This document shows, piece by piece, positions 49,897-59,513 of a stretch of DNA of 64,000 nucleotides (positions are counted from its first letter, which is position 1; each line of letters starts with the position of its first letter). Both the position numbers and the translations under genes were made by a program. The notes under the pieces were generated by a model. That model saw only the letters and a list, made by a program, of their open reading frames with translations. It was not told where the DNA came from and did no database searches. The stretch is from contig OZ244836.1 of assembly GCA_965220645.1 (NCBI GenBank), positions 3,072,335 through 3,136,334 of the forward strand. The letters run 5' to 3'. Source of the stretch: Candidatus Aldehydirespirator sp. Its GTDB lineage: Bacteria; Actinomycetota; Acidimicrobiia; Acidimicrobiales; Aldehydirespiratoraceae.

Positions 49897-50000
49897 CCCA
49901 GAGGCCGAGCGGACCGACGACAGCTCAGCTGACGATGCCGAGGGCGTTGAGCGAGGCCGTGGCCCGAGCGGCCCGTGAGCGAAGCGAACAAGAACGGGCA
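49897..50000. mobile_element. MITE-like dispersed repeat, copy E (inverted orientation; right boundary uncertain)
   Basis: CAGAGGCCGAGCGGA lies at 49899-49913. The core reverse complement GAGCGAGGCCGTGGCCCGAGCGGCCCGTGAGCGAAGCGAACAAGAACGGG lies at 49949-49998. Confidence 0.65.
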
Positions 50001-50096
50001 TCCCAAAGGCGGGGCAGACAGAGCGCGGCTTCGCCGCTGTCGGGTCGCCGGTCCTGGTAGCTTGGGCGCGGTTCTTGGGCGGGCGGTGACAACCCC

Positions 50097-51434
50097 ATGA
50101 CCACACGATCCCCTTGCCGCTCGTTTCCTCCGGCCCGCCGACGCCGCGGGATGGTCGTACTCGTGCTGCTGTTGACGGTCGCGGCCGCGGCGGGTTCGGC
50201 CGGCGCTCAGAGCGACGAGGAGATCATCCAAGGGGAGAAGCAGTCCATCAGGGACACCAAGGCCCAGCGCGAGGAGCTGGACAGGGCTGCGGCCGCCGCG
50301 ACCGAGGGCCTAGACGCGGCCACCGCCGAGGCCGAGGACCTGATCGACGCGCTGAACCGGGCCCAGGCCGCGGTCGACGCCCAGCAGGCGGCCCTCGACG
50401 AGGCCGAGCGGGCCGTGGCCGACGCCCTGGCGGTGGTGCGCGAGGCCGAGGAGAGGATCGCCGAGCTCGAAGAGGAGCTTCTCGCCACCCAGGAGGGTCT
50501 GCGGGAGGCCGTGATCGAGTCGTACGTGTCGTTCCAGGCGCCCAGCGGGACTTTCAGCGTGCTGGGCAACGACCCGTGGCAGAACGCCCACGAGGAGGCT
50601 CTGGCCGGTTTCGCCACCGGGAGCCGGATCGACGACATCGACGAGCTGCGCCGGCTGGGCGAGGAGCTGGAGCGCTGGCGGCTGCTGGCCGCTGAGGCCG
50701 CCGACGAGGCCGAGTCCCATCGCCAGCAGGCGATCCTTATCCTGTCCGACCTTCAGGCGGCGACCGACCTCGAGGCCGAGCTGTCGGTGGCGGCCGAGGA
50801 GCGCGTGGAGCGCAGGCTCTACGAGGTCCAGACACTCAAGCAGATCGACGCGCAGTACGCCGCGGAGATCGAGACGGCCGAGCGCGGGATAGCCGCGGCG
50901 CTGGCCCGCCAGCGGGCCGCGGAGGAGGCCCGCCGCAGGGCCGAGGAGGAAGCCCGCCGGCAGGCCGAGGAGGAAGCCCGGCAGCGGGCCGCGGAGGAGG
51001 CCGGGCAGCCGCTGGCCGAGCCGGTGGACCCGACTGATCCGAACCTGCCGCTCGTTTGGGTGAGCGGCTTTGAGGTGCACACACAGATCGCAGACGCGGT
51101 CGGGAGCCTGGTCACAGCCATGGATGCTGAGGGCTTCAACCTGGGCGGCTGGGGATACCGGACCGCCCAGGAGCAGATCACCCTGCGCCGGTCCAACTGT
51201 GGCACGTCGGAATGGGCCGTCTGGAGCCAGCCGTCCAGCAGCTGCCGGCCGCCGACGGCCCGGCCGGGCCGCAGCAACCACGAGAGGGGCCTGGCCATCG
51301 ACTTGACCAACAACGGTCGGCTCATCACCAGCCGCAACAGCGCGGTGTTCCAGGCACTACAGCGCATAGCGCCCCCCTTGGGGCTCCAGAACCTCCCCAG
51401 CGAGCCCTGGCACTGGTCAGTAGACGGCCGCTGA
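50097..51434 (+). CDS. secreted coiled-coil protein with a C-terminal M15 (VanY-like) D-Ala-D-Ala carboxypeptidase domain
   Basis: It has a signal peptide (RRRRGMVVLVLLLTVAAAAGSAGAQ), about 270 aa of Ala/Glu/Arg-rich coiled coil, then RSNHERGLAIDL and EPWHW, the zinc-peptidase motifs of M15B. Confidence 0.82.
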   Translation: MTTRSPCRSFPPARRRRGMVVLVLLLTVAAAAGSAGAQSDEEIIQGEKQSIRDTKAQREELDRAAAAATEGLDAATAEAEDLIDALNRAQAAVDAQQAALDEAERAVADALAVVREAEERIAELEEELLATQEGLREAVIESYVSFQAPSGTFSVLGNDPWQNAHEEALAGFATGSRIDDIDELRRLGEELERWRLLAAEAADEAESHRQQAILILSDLQAATDLEAELSVAAEERVERRLYEVQTLKQIDAQYAAEIETAERGIAAALARQRAAEEARRRAEEEARRQAEEEARQRAAEEAGQPLAEPVDPTDPNLPLVWVSGFEVHTQIADAVGSLVTAMDAEGFNLGGWGYRTAQEQITLRRSNCGTSEWAVWSQPSSSCRPPTARPGRSNHERGLAIDLTNNGRLITSRNSAVFQALQRIAPPLGLQNLPSEPWHWSVDGR

Positions 51435-51455
51435 CCCTGCCAACCCGTCCCCACC

Positions 51456-51506
51456 CGAAATTCTTGTCCTAAAGGTCGCCCCAGGCCCTCAACTACAAGA
51501 ATTTCG
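51456..51506. terminator. hairpin between convergent genes (AAATT-hairpin family)
   Basis: CGAAATTCTTGT (51456-51467) pairs with ACAAGAATTTCG (51495-51506). This is a perfect 12-bp inverted repeat with a 27-nt loop. Confidence 0.55.
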
Positions 51507-51524
51507 CCGTTCGCAGCCCGCGGG

Positions 51525-52304
51525 CTACCCCGTGTGGGTCCAGACGGGGCGGCGCTTCTCGATGAACGCCTTGGGCCACTCGGCGCCGTCGCCGCGGGCC
51601 GCGTTGGCCGCCATCACGTCGGTGGCCAGCCCGTAGGCGTCGCCGACGGCCAGGTCCATCTGGGCGTAGAGGGTCTGCTTGCCGATGCCCTTGGCGTAGC
51701 GGCTGCCGCGGGTGGCCCGGCCCAGCAGGTCCAGGGTGGCCTCGTCGAGCTCCACCGGCGGCACCACCCGGTTGACGAGCCCCCATTCGAGCGCGGTGGA
51801 CGCGTCGATGGTGTCGCCGGTGAGAGCCATCTCCACGGCCCGCTTGCGGCCCAGGGGCCGGGCCACCGCCACCATCGGGGTGTGGCAGAACAGCCCTCCC
51901 TTGCCGCCGGGGGTGGCGAAGGCGGCCTCGGTGCTGGCCACGATCAGATCCGCGCTCGCCGCCAGCTGGGCACCGGCCGCGGTGGCCAGGGCGTGCACCT
52001 TGGCCACCACCACCTGGGGGATCTCGGCCATGGCGGTCATGGCTGAGGTGCACAGCGCGAACAGCTCGCGCAGCTCGGCCTCGGTCATGTCGGCCATCTC
52101 GGCCAGGTCGTGTCCGGAGGAGAACACCGGCCCGTTGGCGGCCAGCACCACCCCGGCCACGTCGCTCTCGGCGCCCGTGGCCCGCAGCGTGTCGTCGAGC
52201 TCGGCGAGCATCTCCGACGACAGGCAGTTGCGTCGCTCGGGCCGGTTGAGGGTGATCGTCACGTAACGCTCGTCACGCTTGTACAGCAGGTTCTGGTAGT
52301 CCAT
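51525..52304 (-). CDS. enoyl-CoA hydratase/isomerase (crotonase) family protein
   Basis: VTITLNRPERRNCLS and FSSGHDL motifs are present. The ATG at 52304 has GGGGAG upstream. The ORF-track extension to 52352 runs into the repeat element. Confidence 0.88.
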   Translation of the reverse strand: MDYQNLLYKRDERYVTITLNRPERRNCLSSEMLAELDDTLRATGAESDVAGVVLAANGPVFSSGHDLAEMADMTEAELRELFALCTSAMTAMAEIPQVVVAKVHALATAAGAQLAASADLIVASTEAAFATPGGKGGLFCHTPMVAVARPLGRKRAVEMALTGDTIDASTALEWGLVNRVVPPVELDEATLDLLGRATRGSRYAKGIGKQTLYAQMDLAVGDAYGLATDVMAANAARGDGAEWPKAFIEKRRPVWTHTG

Positions 52305-52320
52305 CGAGATCTCCCCTGTC

Positions 52321-52427
52321 GTGTCTTTCGCGCTCTTGTTCGCTTCGCTCACGGGCCGCTCGGGCCACGGCCTCGCTCAACGCCTTTCGAAGTCCCCCCA
52401 GACTATTGCCATCCGCTCGGCCTCTAG
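52321..52427. mobile_element. MITE-like dispersed repeat, copy F (5'-truncated)
   Basis: The core GCGCTCTTGTTCGCTTCGCTCACGGGCCGCTCGGGCCACGGCCTCGCTC is present. The terminal CCGCTCGGCCTCTAGG contains the TAG stop (52424-52426) of the minus-strand LLM gene. Confidence 0.7.
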
Positions 52428-53404
52428 GAGTCTGCCAAAGCGGGCAGCACTTGTTCGGCCGTTAGCTGGACGCTCGACCAGGCCTGGTCGATGGGCATGC
52501 CGCCCACCAGGGGGTGCAGGGCGAGGGTGCCGGTGCTGCGGGCCAGGTCGACCGCCTCGGCGGGGGTGAGCACCTGGTAGATGCCCTCGGCTCGCAGCTC
52601 GTCGACGGTGGTGGCCACCGAGCACACCGCCGAGGTCTGGCCGGGGGGCTGCCAGCCCTTGTAGGTCATGGCCTCCAGCATGAAGCAGTCTCCGTGCTCG
52701 GCCCACACGCGGTCGGGGTCGTCGGCCACGGTCAGCATCACCACGTTGTCGGGCGCTATGCAGAAGCCCTGCGTGCCGTGGCGCTCGCACTCGGCGTAGT
52801 ACAGGGCCTCGATCTCACCGAACTTGCCCGGCAGCTGCATGGGCAGGCCCAACCGGGCGGCGCGCCGGGCCGCCGCGGGCGACGATCCCCCTACCAGCAC
52901 CATGGGGTGGGGCCGGGTGTGGGGCATGGGCAGCACCTGCACGGTCTCGCCGTTGTGGGTGAAGGGCTCGCCCTTCCAGGCGGTGAGCATCACCTCCAGC
53001 GCCTCGTCGAGCACCTTGCCGCGGCGCTTCCAGTCCTTGCCCATAGCGGCGTACTCCACCGGCCGGTAGCCGAGGCCGGTGACGATCACCAGCCGGCCCG
53101 GGCTGACCAGGTCGATCACCGCGATGTCCTCCGCGGCCCGGATCGGGTCGTGCAGGGGCAGCAGCAACGCCGAGATGGTGACCATGAGGTTGTCGGTGCT
53201 CGACAGGATCATGGCCGCGTTGAGCAGCGGCGTGGGGCACCACGCCATGGGTGAGCTGTGGTGCTCCTCCAGCGACACCGCGTTGAAGCCGTGGCTGTCG
53301 GCGTAGCGGGCGATCTCCAGTCCGGCCCGGTAGCGGTCGCTCATGGCCTGGCCGTCGGCCGGATCGGGCGACACGAAGTTGTAGCGGATCAGCGAGAAGG
53401 CCAT
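52424..53404 (-). CDS. LLM-class flavin-dependent oxidoreductase
   Basis: From the ATG at 53404 the sequence MAFSLIRYNF...FNAVSLEEHH...VTGLGYRP is luciferase-like. The ORF-track extension upstream covers a tandem repeat. Confidence 0.85.
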   Translation of the reverse strand: MAFSLIRYNFVSPDPADGQAMSDRYRAGLEIARYADSHGFNAVSLEEHHSSPMAWCPTPLLNAAMILSSTDNLMVTISALLLPLHDPIRAAEDIAVIDLVSPGRLVIVTGLGYRPVEYAAMGKDWKRRGKVLDEALEVMLTAWKGEPFTHNGETVQVLPMPHTRPHPMVLVGGSSPAAARRAARLGLPMQLPGKFGEIEALYYAECERHGTQGFCIAPDNVVMLTVADDPDRVWAEHGDCFMLEAMTYKGWQPPGQTSAVCSVATTVDELRAEGIYQVLTPAEAVDLARSTGTLALHPLVGGMPIDQAWSSVQLTAEQVLPALADS

Positions 53405-53434
53405 GACCCCAGTGTGCCCGCACCAGCCTCCCGC

Positions 53435-53569
53435 CGCGCCGGCCCGACCGATCTCGGGAGCACAACCTGCGCTACAGGCCCACAACCAACCCGAGATCTC
53501 GGCCCCGCGCCGGCCCGATCTCGGGAGCACAACCTGCGCTACAGGCCCACAACCAACCCGAGATCTCGG
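53435..53569. repeat. about 71-bp tandem repeat x2, each unit containing a 9-bp-stem hairpin
   Basis: Unit 1 is 53435-53502 and unit 2 is 53506-53569. GATCTCGGG pairs with CCCGAGATC within each unit. The repeat lies between the leuA stop and the LLM start. Confidence 0.85.
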
Positions 53570-53588
53570 AGCGGGCCGGCGGGCGATG

Positions 53589-55322
53589 TCAGCCGAGCAT
53601 GCCGGCAGCGTGCATTCGGTTGATTGCGCTGACCACGGCTCGCAGCGAGGCCGACACGATCGACTCGTGCAGGCCCACACCCCAGGTGGTGTAGCGGTCG
53701 CCGGTGTCGACCTCTACATAGGCCGCGGCAGTGGCGTCGCTGCCGGTCCCGATGGCGTGCTCGTAGTAGTCGTGGATCTTGCCCGCGAAGAGCCCATTGG
53801 CCTGCAGAGCGGTGACGAACGCGTCGATCGGCCCGTTGCCGATCCCTGCGATGGTGCGCTCCTCCCCGCCCACGCGCAGCCGGGCCTCGAGATCGGTTCG
53901 GGACGCTCCGATGGTGTCGGTGGTGGCCCGATGGCCGATCAGCTCGACCCAGGCCCTCTCCGGCTCCACGTAGGAGGAGACGAACCGGCGGTGGATCTCG
54001 TAGGAGGTGATCTCCGTGCCGGTGTCCTCGGTGACGGTCTGGATCTGTTTGGAGAAGTCCACCTGCAGGCCCCGGGGCAGGTCCAGGCCGTACTCGTGCA
54101 GCAGCACGTAGGCCACGCCGCCCTTGCCGGACTGGCTGTTGACCCGCACAACCGCCTCGTAGCTGCGACCGAGGTGACGGGGATCGACGGGCAGGTAGGG
54201 GACGTCCCATACGTCGTACTCCCCCACCAGGGATTCGCCCGGCGCCACGTCGTAGATGGCGGCGATGCCCTTCTTGATGGCGTCCTGGTGGCTGCCCGAG
54301 AAGGCTGTGTACACCAGGTCGCCGACGTACGGGTGGCGCTCGGGCACCGTCATGCGGTTGGCGTACTCGAACACCCGGCGAGCCTCCTCGATGTCGCTGA
54401 TGTCGAGTTCGGGGTCCACGCCCTGGGTGAACAGGTTGAGCGCGATCGTGACCACGTCCACGTTGCCGGTGCGCTCGCCGTTGCCGAACAGGGTGCCCTC
54501 CACCCGGTCGGCGCCGGCCATGAGGCCGAACTCGGCCGCGGCCACTGCGGTGCCCCGGTCGTTGTGGGGATGAAGCGACAGCACGATCGAGTCACGGTCG
54601 CGGATGTCGCGGTGGAAGCGCTCGATCATGTCGCCGTAGATGTTGGCCGAGGACATCTCCACGGTGGCGGGCAGGTTGAGGATCAGCGGCCAGTCCGGAG
54701 AGGGGCCGATCACGTCCATCACGGCCTCGCACACCTCCACGGTGAAGTCGGGCTCGGTGCCGGTGTAGCTCTCCGGCGAGTACTCGAACCGGATGCCGTC
54801 CGCGTCTCCGGCCTGCCGGGCTCTGTCGAGGCCGCGCATGCACTGCTCGGCGCCGTTCACCGCGATCGACACGATGCCGGCCCGGTCGGTGCGGAACACC
54901 ACTCGCCGCTGGGTGACGGAGGTGGAGTTGTAGAGATGCACGATGGCCCGGGGCGCCCCGGCCACAGCCTCGAACGTCCGGTCGATGAGTTCGTCGCGCG
55001 CCTGGGTGAGCACCTGGATGGTGACGCCGTCGGGGATCAAGTCCTCTTCGATGAGCTTGCGGCAGAAGTCGAAGTCGGGCTGGGAGGCGGCGGGGAAGCC
55101 CACCTCGATCTCCTTGAAGCCCATGTCGACGAGATGGTCGTACATGCGCTGCTTGCGGGGTATGTCCATCGGGTCGACGAGGGCTTGGTTGCCGTCCCGC
55201 AGGTCGACGGAGCACCAGACCGGCGCCGTGGTGAGCCGCCGGTCCGGCCAGGTGCGGTCGGCGAGGTCGACCGCGGGGTAGGGCCGGTACTTGGTGAACG
55301 GCATGTTCTTGGGCGTGGGCAT
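53589..55322 (-). CDS. leuA: 2-isopropylmalate synthase (long, actinobacterial type)
   Basis: From the ATG at 55322 the sequence is MPTPKNMPFTKYRPYP...WCSVDLRDGNQAL...LHPHNDRGTAVA. The product is 577 aa with a C-terminal regulatory domain. Confidence 0.93.
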   Translation of the reverse strand: MPTPKNMPFTKYRPYPAVDLADRTWPDRRLTTAPVWCSVDLRDGNQALVDPMDIPRKQRMYDHLVDMGFKEIEVGFPAASQPDFDFCRKLIEEDLIPDGVTIQVLTQARDELIDRTFEAVAGAPRAIVHLYNSTSVTQRRVVFRTDRAGIVSIAVNGAEQCMRGLDRARQAGDADGIRFEYSPESYTGTEPDFTVEVCEAVMDVIGPSPDWPLILNLPATVEMSSANIYGDMIERFHRDIRDRDSIVLSLHPHNDRGTAVAAAEFGLMAGADRVEGTLFGNGERTGNVDVVTIALNLFTQGVDPELDISDIEEARRVFEYANRMTVPERHPYVGDLVYTAFSGSHQDAIKKGIAAIYDVAPGESLVGEYDVWDVPYLPVDPRHLGRSYEAVVRVNSQSGKGGVAYVLLHEYGLDLPRGLQVDFSKQIQTVTEDTGTEITSYEIHRRFVSSYVEPERAWVELIGHRATTDTIGASRTDLEARLRVGGEERTIAGIGNGPIDAFVTALQANGLFAGKIHDYYEHAIGTGSDATAAAYVEVDTGDRYTTWGVGLHESIVSASLRAVVSAINRMHAAGMLG

Positions 55323-55556
55323 CGTCTCTGTCCTTGATCGGCGGATGTTCGGGGTCGTCTGAGGTGCGGTCGGGTTGGGGTGTGCTGGGGCGGAACCGAC
55401 CCCGGAAAGCACAAATCCCCCCGGCCGGCGGCACGAGGGGATTCGGCGAGCACCGATATGTGGCGCTCGCCTACACGAGAAGCAGGAGGTCGGCGAAGGT
55501 GGTCACGGCAATCAACGCTAGCTCCCTCAGCGCTGGTGTCCAACACTTCGGCCGGG

Positions 55557-56477
55557 ATGGCGGCCAACAACTCGGACTTGGGCGTGCGTTCGGCGTGCAA
55601 TCCGCGCCATGCTTGGGGGGTGAGCTACTTGGTTTGGGAGGCGACGCTGCCCGATCTCCGGTCGCCGATCCTGGTGACCGCCTACCAGGGCTGGTTCGAC
55701 GTGGGCGGAGCGGCGACGGGTGCTCTTGAGTGGCTGAGCGAACGCAGCGATTCGATCCGGGTAGCGCACATCGACCCCGAGGAGTTCTTCAACTTCGCTG
55801 AGCAGCGGCCCAACGTGCGCCTGCGCCACGGCCGGCGCGACATCGTGTGGCCCTCCAGTGACGTGCACGTGCTGCGCCCGCCCGATGCTCGTCACGACCT
55901 GGTGCTGGTGGTGGGCGCCGAGCCGCAGCTCCGCTGGCGAACCTACGCCGAGGTGATCGTCGATCTGGCCGACCGCAGCGAGGCGGCCGCGCTGGTCACC
56001 GTCGGCGCGCACATCGCCGACATACCCCACACCCGCCCCTTCGGCGTGACCGGCTCCACCACGGACACCGGCCTGGCCGAGGCGTGGGGCCTGGACCAGC
56101 CCTCCTACGAGGGTCCCACAGGGGTCGTGGGGGTCCTCCACGAACGCTTCGGGAGGGTGGGGCTCCCGGCGGCATCGCTGCGGGTGGCTGTGCCCCACTA
56201 CGTCTCGGGCGCCCCCAACCCCAAGGGGGCGAGGGCGCTGCTGGAGCGCTTCGAGCGGGTGACCGGGCTCCCCACCGGCTGGGCCGAACTCGACGAGGCC
56301 GCCGCAGAGTGGGAGCAGCGGGTCAACGACGCCATGAACTCCGACGATGACGTGATCGCCTATGTGAAGCGTCTCGAGGCCCGAGCCGACGCCCGGGCCA
56401 AGCGCAGCGTCCCCAGTCCCGACGATCTAGGCGCCGAGTTCGAGCGCTTCCTGCGCCAGCAGGACAACCCCGGCTGA
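55557..56477 (+). CDS. PAC2 (proteasome assembly chaperone 2) family protein
   Basis: PILVTAYQGWFDVGGAA...YEGPTGVVGVL...VAVPHYV are PAC2 family motifs. The start is uncertain: ATG 55557, GTG 55620 or TTG 55629. Confidence 0.8.
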   Translation: MAANNSDLGVRSACNPRHAWGVSYLVWEATLPDLRSPILVTAYQGWFDVGGAATGALEWLSERSDSIRVAHIDPEEFFNFAEQRPNVRLRHGRRDIVWPSSDVHVLRPPDARHDLVLVVGAEPQLRWRTYAEVIVDLADRSEAAALVTVGAHIADIPHTRPFGVTGSTTDTGLAEAWGLDQPSYEGPTGVVGVLHERFGRVGLPAASLRVAVPHYVSGAPNPKGARALLERFERVTGLPTGWAELDEAAAEWEQRVNDAMNSDDDVIAYVKRLEARADARAKRSVPSPDDLGAEFERFLRQQDNPG

Positions 56478-56507
56478 TAGAGCCGGACCGAGCCAGGAGG
56501 CAAGGAG

Positions 56508-56975
56508 ATGTCTGTCACCGCCATCGCCGCACCCACCACCATCCACCGGGGCGACGAGGAGTTGCCTTGGGCGGACGCCGGCGGCGGGATCGAGCTCAAA
56601 GTGCTGATGGTGCGCGAGGACGAGGGCCTGTGGATCGTGCGCAACCGGTTCGCTCCCGGCGTGGTCATACAGACCCACCGCCACACCGGCCCGGTGTACG
56701 CCCACACCCTCAGCGGCGCCTGGAAGTACATCGAGTACCCGGAGGTCAACCGGGCCGGGTCGTTCCTGTTCGAGCCGGCCGGCAGCGTCCACACCCTCAC
56801 CACGCCCGGCGACAACACCGAGCCGACCGATGTGTGGTTCCAGATCCACGGCGTGAACCTCAACCTCGACGCCGACGGCAACGTGGAGTCGATAACCGAC
56901 GGGCCCGGCGTGCTGGCCGCCTACTACGCCCTGTGCGAGGCCCAGGGCCTGCCCCGGCCCAACGTCGTCACCTGA
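56508..56975 (+). CDS. cupin-fold protein (2,4'-dihydroxyacetophenone dioxygenase-like family)
   Basis: HRHTGPVYAHTLSGAW...FEPAGSVHTL are cupin His motifs. AGGAGG and AAGGAG lie upstream of the ATG. Confidence 0.78.
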   Translation: MSVTAIAAPTTIHRGDEELPWADAGGGIELKVLMVREDEGLWIVRNRFAPGVVIQTHRHTGPVYAHTLSGAWKYIEYPEVNRAGSFLFEPAGSVHTLTTPGDNTEPTDVWFQIHGVNLNLDADGNVESITDGPGVLAAYYALCEAQGLPRPNVVT

Positions 56976-56988
56976 ACCCGGCCTCACC

Positions 56989-57035
56989 AAATTGATGTAG
57001 ATGTTGCCCCTGGAGGGCCATAACTACATCAATTT
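56989..57035. terminator. hairpin between convergent genes (AAATT-hairpin family)
   Basis: AAATTGATGTAG (56989-57000) pairs with CTACATCAATTT (57024-57035), a perfect 12-bp inverted repeat. Confidence 0.55.
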
Positions 57036-57039
57036 CGGG

Positions 57040-57843
57040 CTACAAGCCGAAGGAGCCGTCGAGGCGGGTCTTCCAGTTGCCCGAGGCCACCGTGCCCCCG
57101 TCCACCAGGATCGACGCCCCGTTGACGAAGCTGGCCATGTCCGAGGCCAGGAACACGATCACGGCCGCGCACTCGTCGGCCGCGCCCATCCGCCGCAACG
57201 GGGTGGGGTAGGTACCGTCGATGACGTGGGTCCCGCCCTCGGCCAGGGCAACGTCGCCGGGAGTGGGCATCATGTCGGGGGCCACGCAGTTGACCCGGAT
57301 GCCCCGGTACCCGTACTCCACCGCCAGGGTCTTGGTTAACTGCTCCACCGCCGCTTTCATGGCCGCGTACACCCCGAATGCCGGGGCGGCGTGGTAGGCC
57401 TCCACCGAGGTCACGTTGACGATGGCACCGCCGTCCGACATCAACGGGATGCCGTGGCGGACGCAGTTGGTGACCGTGGAGAAGTTCTCGCGGATCAGGG
57501 CGTGCTCCCCCTTGGGAGATACGTCGTCGAAGCGGGCCCGGAAGGTGCCGCCCGCGTTGTTGACGAGCACGTCGATGGGTCCGAGCTCGTCGAGGGTGCG
57601 CTGCATGAAGGCGGCCACCGCGTCGTCGTCGCGGGCGTCGAGCATGTCGGACAGGCAGCGGCGGCCCGCTGCCTCGATCCCGGCGGCCACGTCGGGCAGC
57701 AGCGTGGGGTCCTTGTCGAGGATGGCGACATCGGCGCCGAAGCGGGCCAGGGCCAGCGCGGTGGACGCCCCGATGCCGCGGGCCGCGCCGGTCACCACCG
57801 CCACCCGGTCGGTGAGCAGGATACTGTCGGGGGAAGGGTTCAC
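57040..57843 (-). CDS. SDR family oxidoreductase
   Basis: VTGAARGIG, NNAG and YAAMKAAV are present. The GTG start follows GAGAGGAGAG. Confidence 0.9.
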   Translation of the reverse strand: MNPSPDSILLTDRVAVVTGAARGIGASTALALARFGADVAILDKDPTLLPDVAAGIEAAGRRCLSDMLDARDDDAVAAFMQRTLDELGPIDVLVNNAGGTFRARFDDVSPKGEHALIRENFSTVTNCVRHGIPLMSDGGAIVNVTSVEAYHAAPAFGVYAAMKAAVEQLTKTLAVEYGYRGIRVNCVAPDMMPTPGDVALAEGGTHVIDGTYPTPLRRMGAADECAAVIVFLASDMASFVNGASILVDGGTVASGNWKTRLDGSFGL

Positions 57844-57924
57844 GGCTCTCCTCTCGATGCTTGCTGACGATACTGCGCAACCGCTACCGGTAGGGTTGCT
57901 GGCCCGCGACGGGAGGAGAGAGCC

Positions 57925-58701
57925 GTGGGCGACTTCGTTCGAGTCGAGACCAGCAGTGGCGTGGCCACCATCCGCATCGACCGGCCCAAGATGAACGCCT
58001 TCGACCCCCAGATGCTCGACGAGCTGACCGAGGCCGCCAACTCCATCGCCGCCGACGGTGACGTGAGGGCGGCGGTGGTGTGGGGCGGGCCGAGAATCTT
58101 CGCGGCCGGCGCCGACATCGGCGGCTTCACCGGCCTCGACCCGGCCCAGGCCCAGGGGCTGTCACGGCAGTTCAACGACGCCTTCCTGGCGGTGGAGAAC
58201 ATGCCCCAGATCACGGTGTCGGCCGTGAACGGCTACGCGCTCGGCGGCGGCATGGAGCTGGCCATGGCCACCGACTTCAGGGTGGCCGCCTCCGACGCGG
58301 CGTTCGGCCAGCCCGAGATCCTTCTCGGGATCATCCCCGGCGGCGGGGGCACCCAGCGCCTGCCCCGGCTCGTCGGCGTCACCAGGGCCAAGGAGATCAT
58401 CTACACGGGCCGGAACGTGTACCCCGACGAGGCCCTCGCCATCGGCCTCATCTCGTCGGTGCATCCCTCCGAAGCGACCTACGACGCCGCGGTCGAGATG
58501 GCCGCGGGCTATGCGGCCGGCCCGGCTGCGCTGCGCATGGCCAAGCAGGCGGTGATGGACGGCCTGCCGCTCTCCCTCGCCGACGCGGTGGCCCGGGAGA
58601 CCGAGCACTTCGGCGACTGCTTCACCACCGACGACACCGCCATCGGCGTGGCCAGCTTCCTGGAGAAAGGCCCCGGCAAAGCCACCTTCACCGGCCGCTA
58701 G
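57925..58701 (+). CDS. enoyl-CoA hydratase (crotonase family)
   Basis: ATIRIDRPKMNAF, FAAGADI and NGYALGGGMELAMATD are present. Confidence 0.9.
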   Translation: MGDFVRVETSSGVATIRIDRPKMNAFDPQMLDELTEAANSIAADGDVRAAVVWGGPRIFAAGADIGGFTGLDPAQAQGLSRQFNDAFLAVENMPQITVSAVNGYALGGGMELAMATDFRVAASDAAFGQPEILLGIIPGGGGTQRLPRLVGVTRAKEIIYTGRNVYPDEALAIGLISSVHPSEATYDAAVEMAAGYAAGPAALRMAKQAVMDGLPLSLADAVARETEHFGDCFTTDDTAIGVASFLEKGPGKATFTGR

Positions 58702-58724
58702 CCGCCGGGCGGCAGCGTTCAGCT

Positions 58725-59513
58725 CTAGGCCACGTCGAGCCAGCTGAGCCTGACCGCGGCCAGGATCAGGCCCGCAGCCGACACCGCGGCCAGCACCACC
58801 AGCGCAGTGGTGGTGGTGTAGGGGTCGAAGCCGTAGTCGATCCCGCCGAGGTGGCTCAGCACCGACCGGGTGTAGCCCCTCAGCGACAGGCGGGCCGCGA
58901 AGTCTCCCAGCCCAACGGCCAGGCCCTCCCACAGCAGGATGTAGCCGATGCCCCACATGATCGGCTTGCGGACCAGCAGGCCGACCAACACGAACAGCGA
59001 CGAGTAGGCGGCCGTGCCCAGCGCGGCCGCCGCGGCCGCGCCCCACACGAGATCCGCGGACCCGGCGACCCGGTCGGCCGCCAGCCACCCGCCCAGCGCG
59101 GTCGGGACCACCGTCAACGGCAGCGCCGCGGTGGCCGCGGCAGCCGCGGCCCCGGCCACCACCGGGCCCCGGTCCATGGGACGCAGCCACAGGTACACCA
59201 GGGTGCCGTCCTCGCGGGTCTCGCCCAGCACCGACGAGCCGAACACCAGAGCCACGATGGGCACGATGATGATCAGCCCGAAGCCGTCGGCGTAGCTGGC
59301 GCCGTCGCTCAGCAGCCCGGCCGCGGACCGTTCGCTGTCGCCGGCGGTGACGCCGACCAGCCAGCCCACCAGGATCATCAGCGCGCCCAGCGCGCCCAGC
59401 GCGGCCAGCCGGCCCGGCGTGATGACCTGGCGGACCAGCACCCGATAGGTCAGCGTGGCGGCCCGCAGTCGGGGCACATGCCGGCGCGCCGGCGAGGCAG
59501 CAGGGGCAGTCAT
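58725..59513 (-). CDS. ABC-2 type transporter permease
   Basis: From the ATG at 59513, which overlaps the ATPase stop (ATGA). The 262-aa multi-TM product is Ala/Leu/Val/Gly-rich. The ORF-track N-terminal extension is spurious. Confidence 0.75.
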   Translation of the reverse strand: MTAPAASPARRHVPRLRAATLTYRVLVRQVITPGRLAALGALGALMILVGWLVGVTAGDSERSAAGLLSDGASYADGFGLIIIVPIVALVFGSSVLGETREDGTLVYLWLRPMDRGPVVAGAAAAAATAALPLTVVPTALGGWLAADRVAGSADLVWGAAAAAALGTAAYSSLFVLVGLLVRKPIMWGIGYILLWEGLAVGLGDFAARLSLRGYTRSVLSHLGGIDYGFDPYTTTTALVVLAAVSAAGLILAAVRLSWLDVA

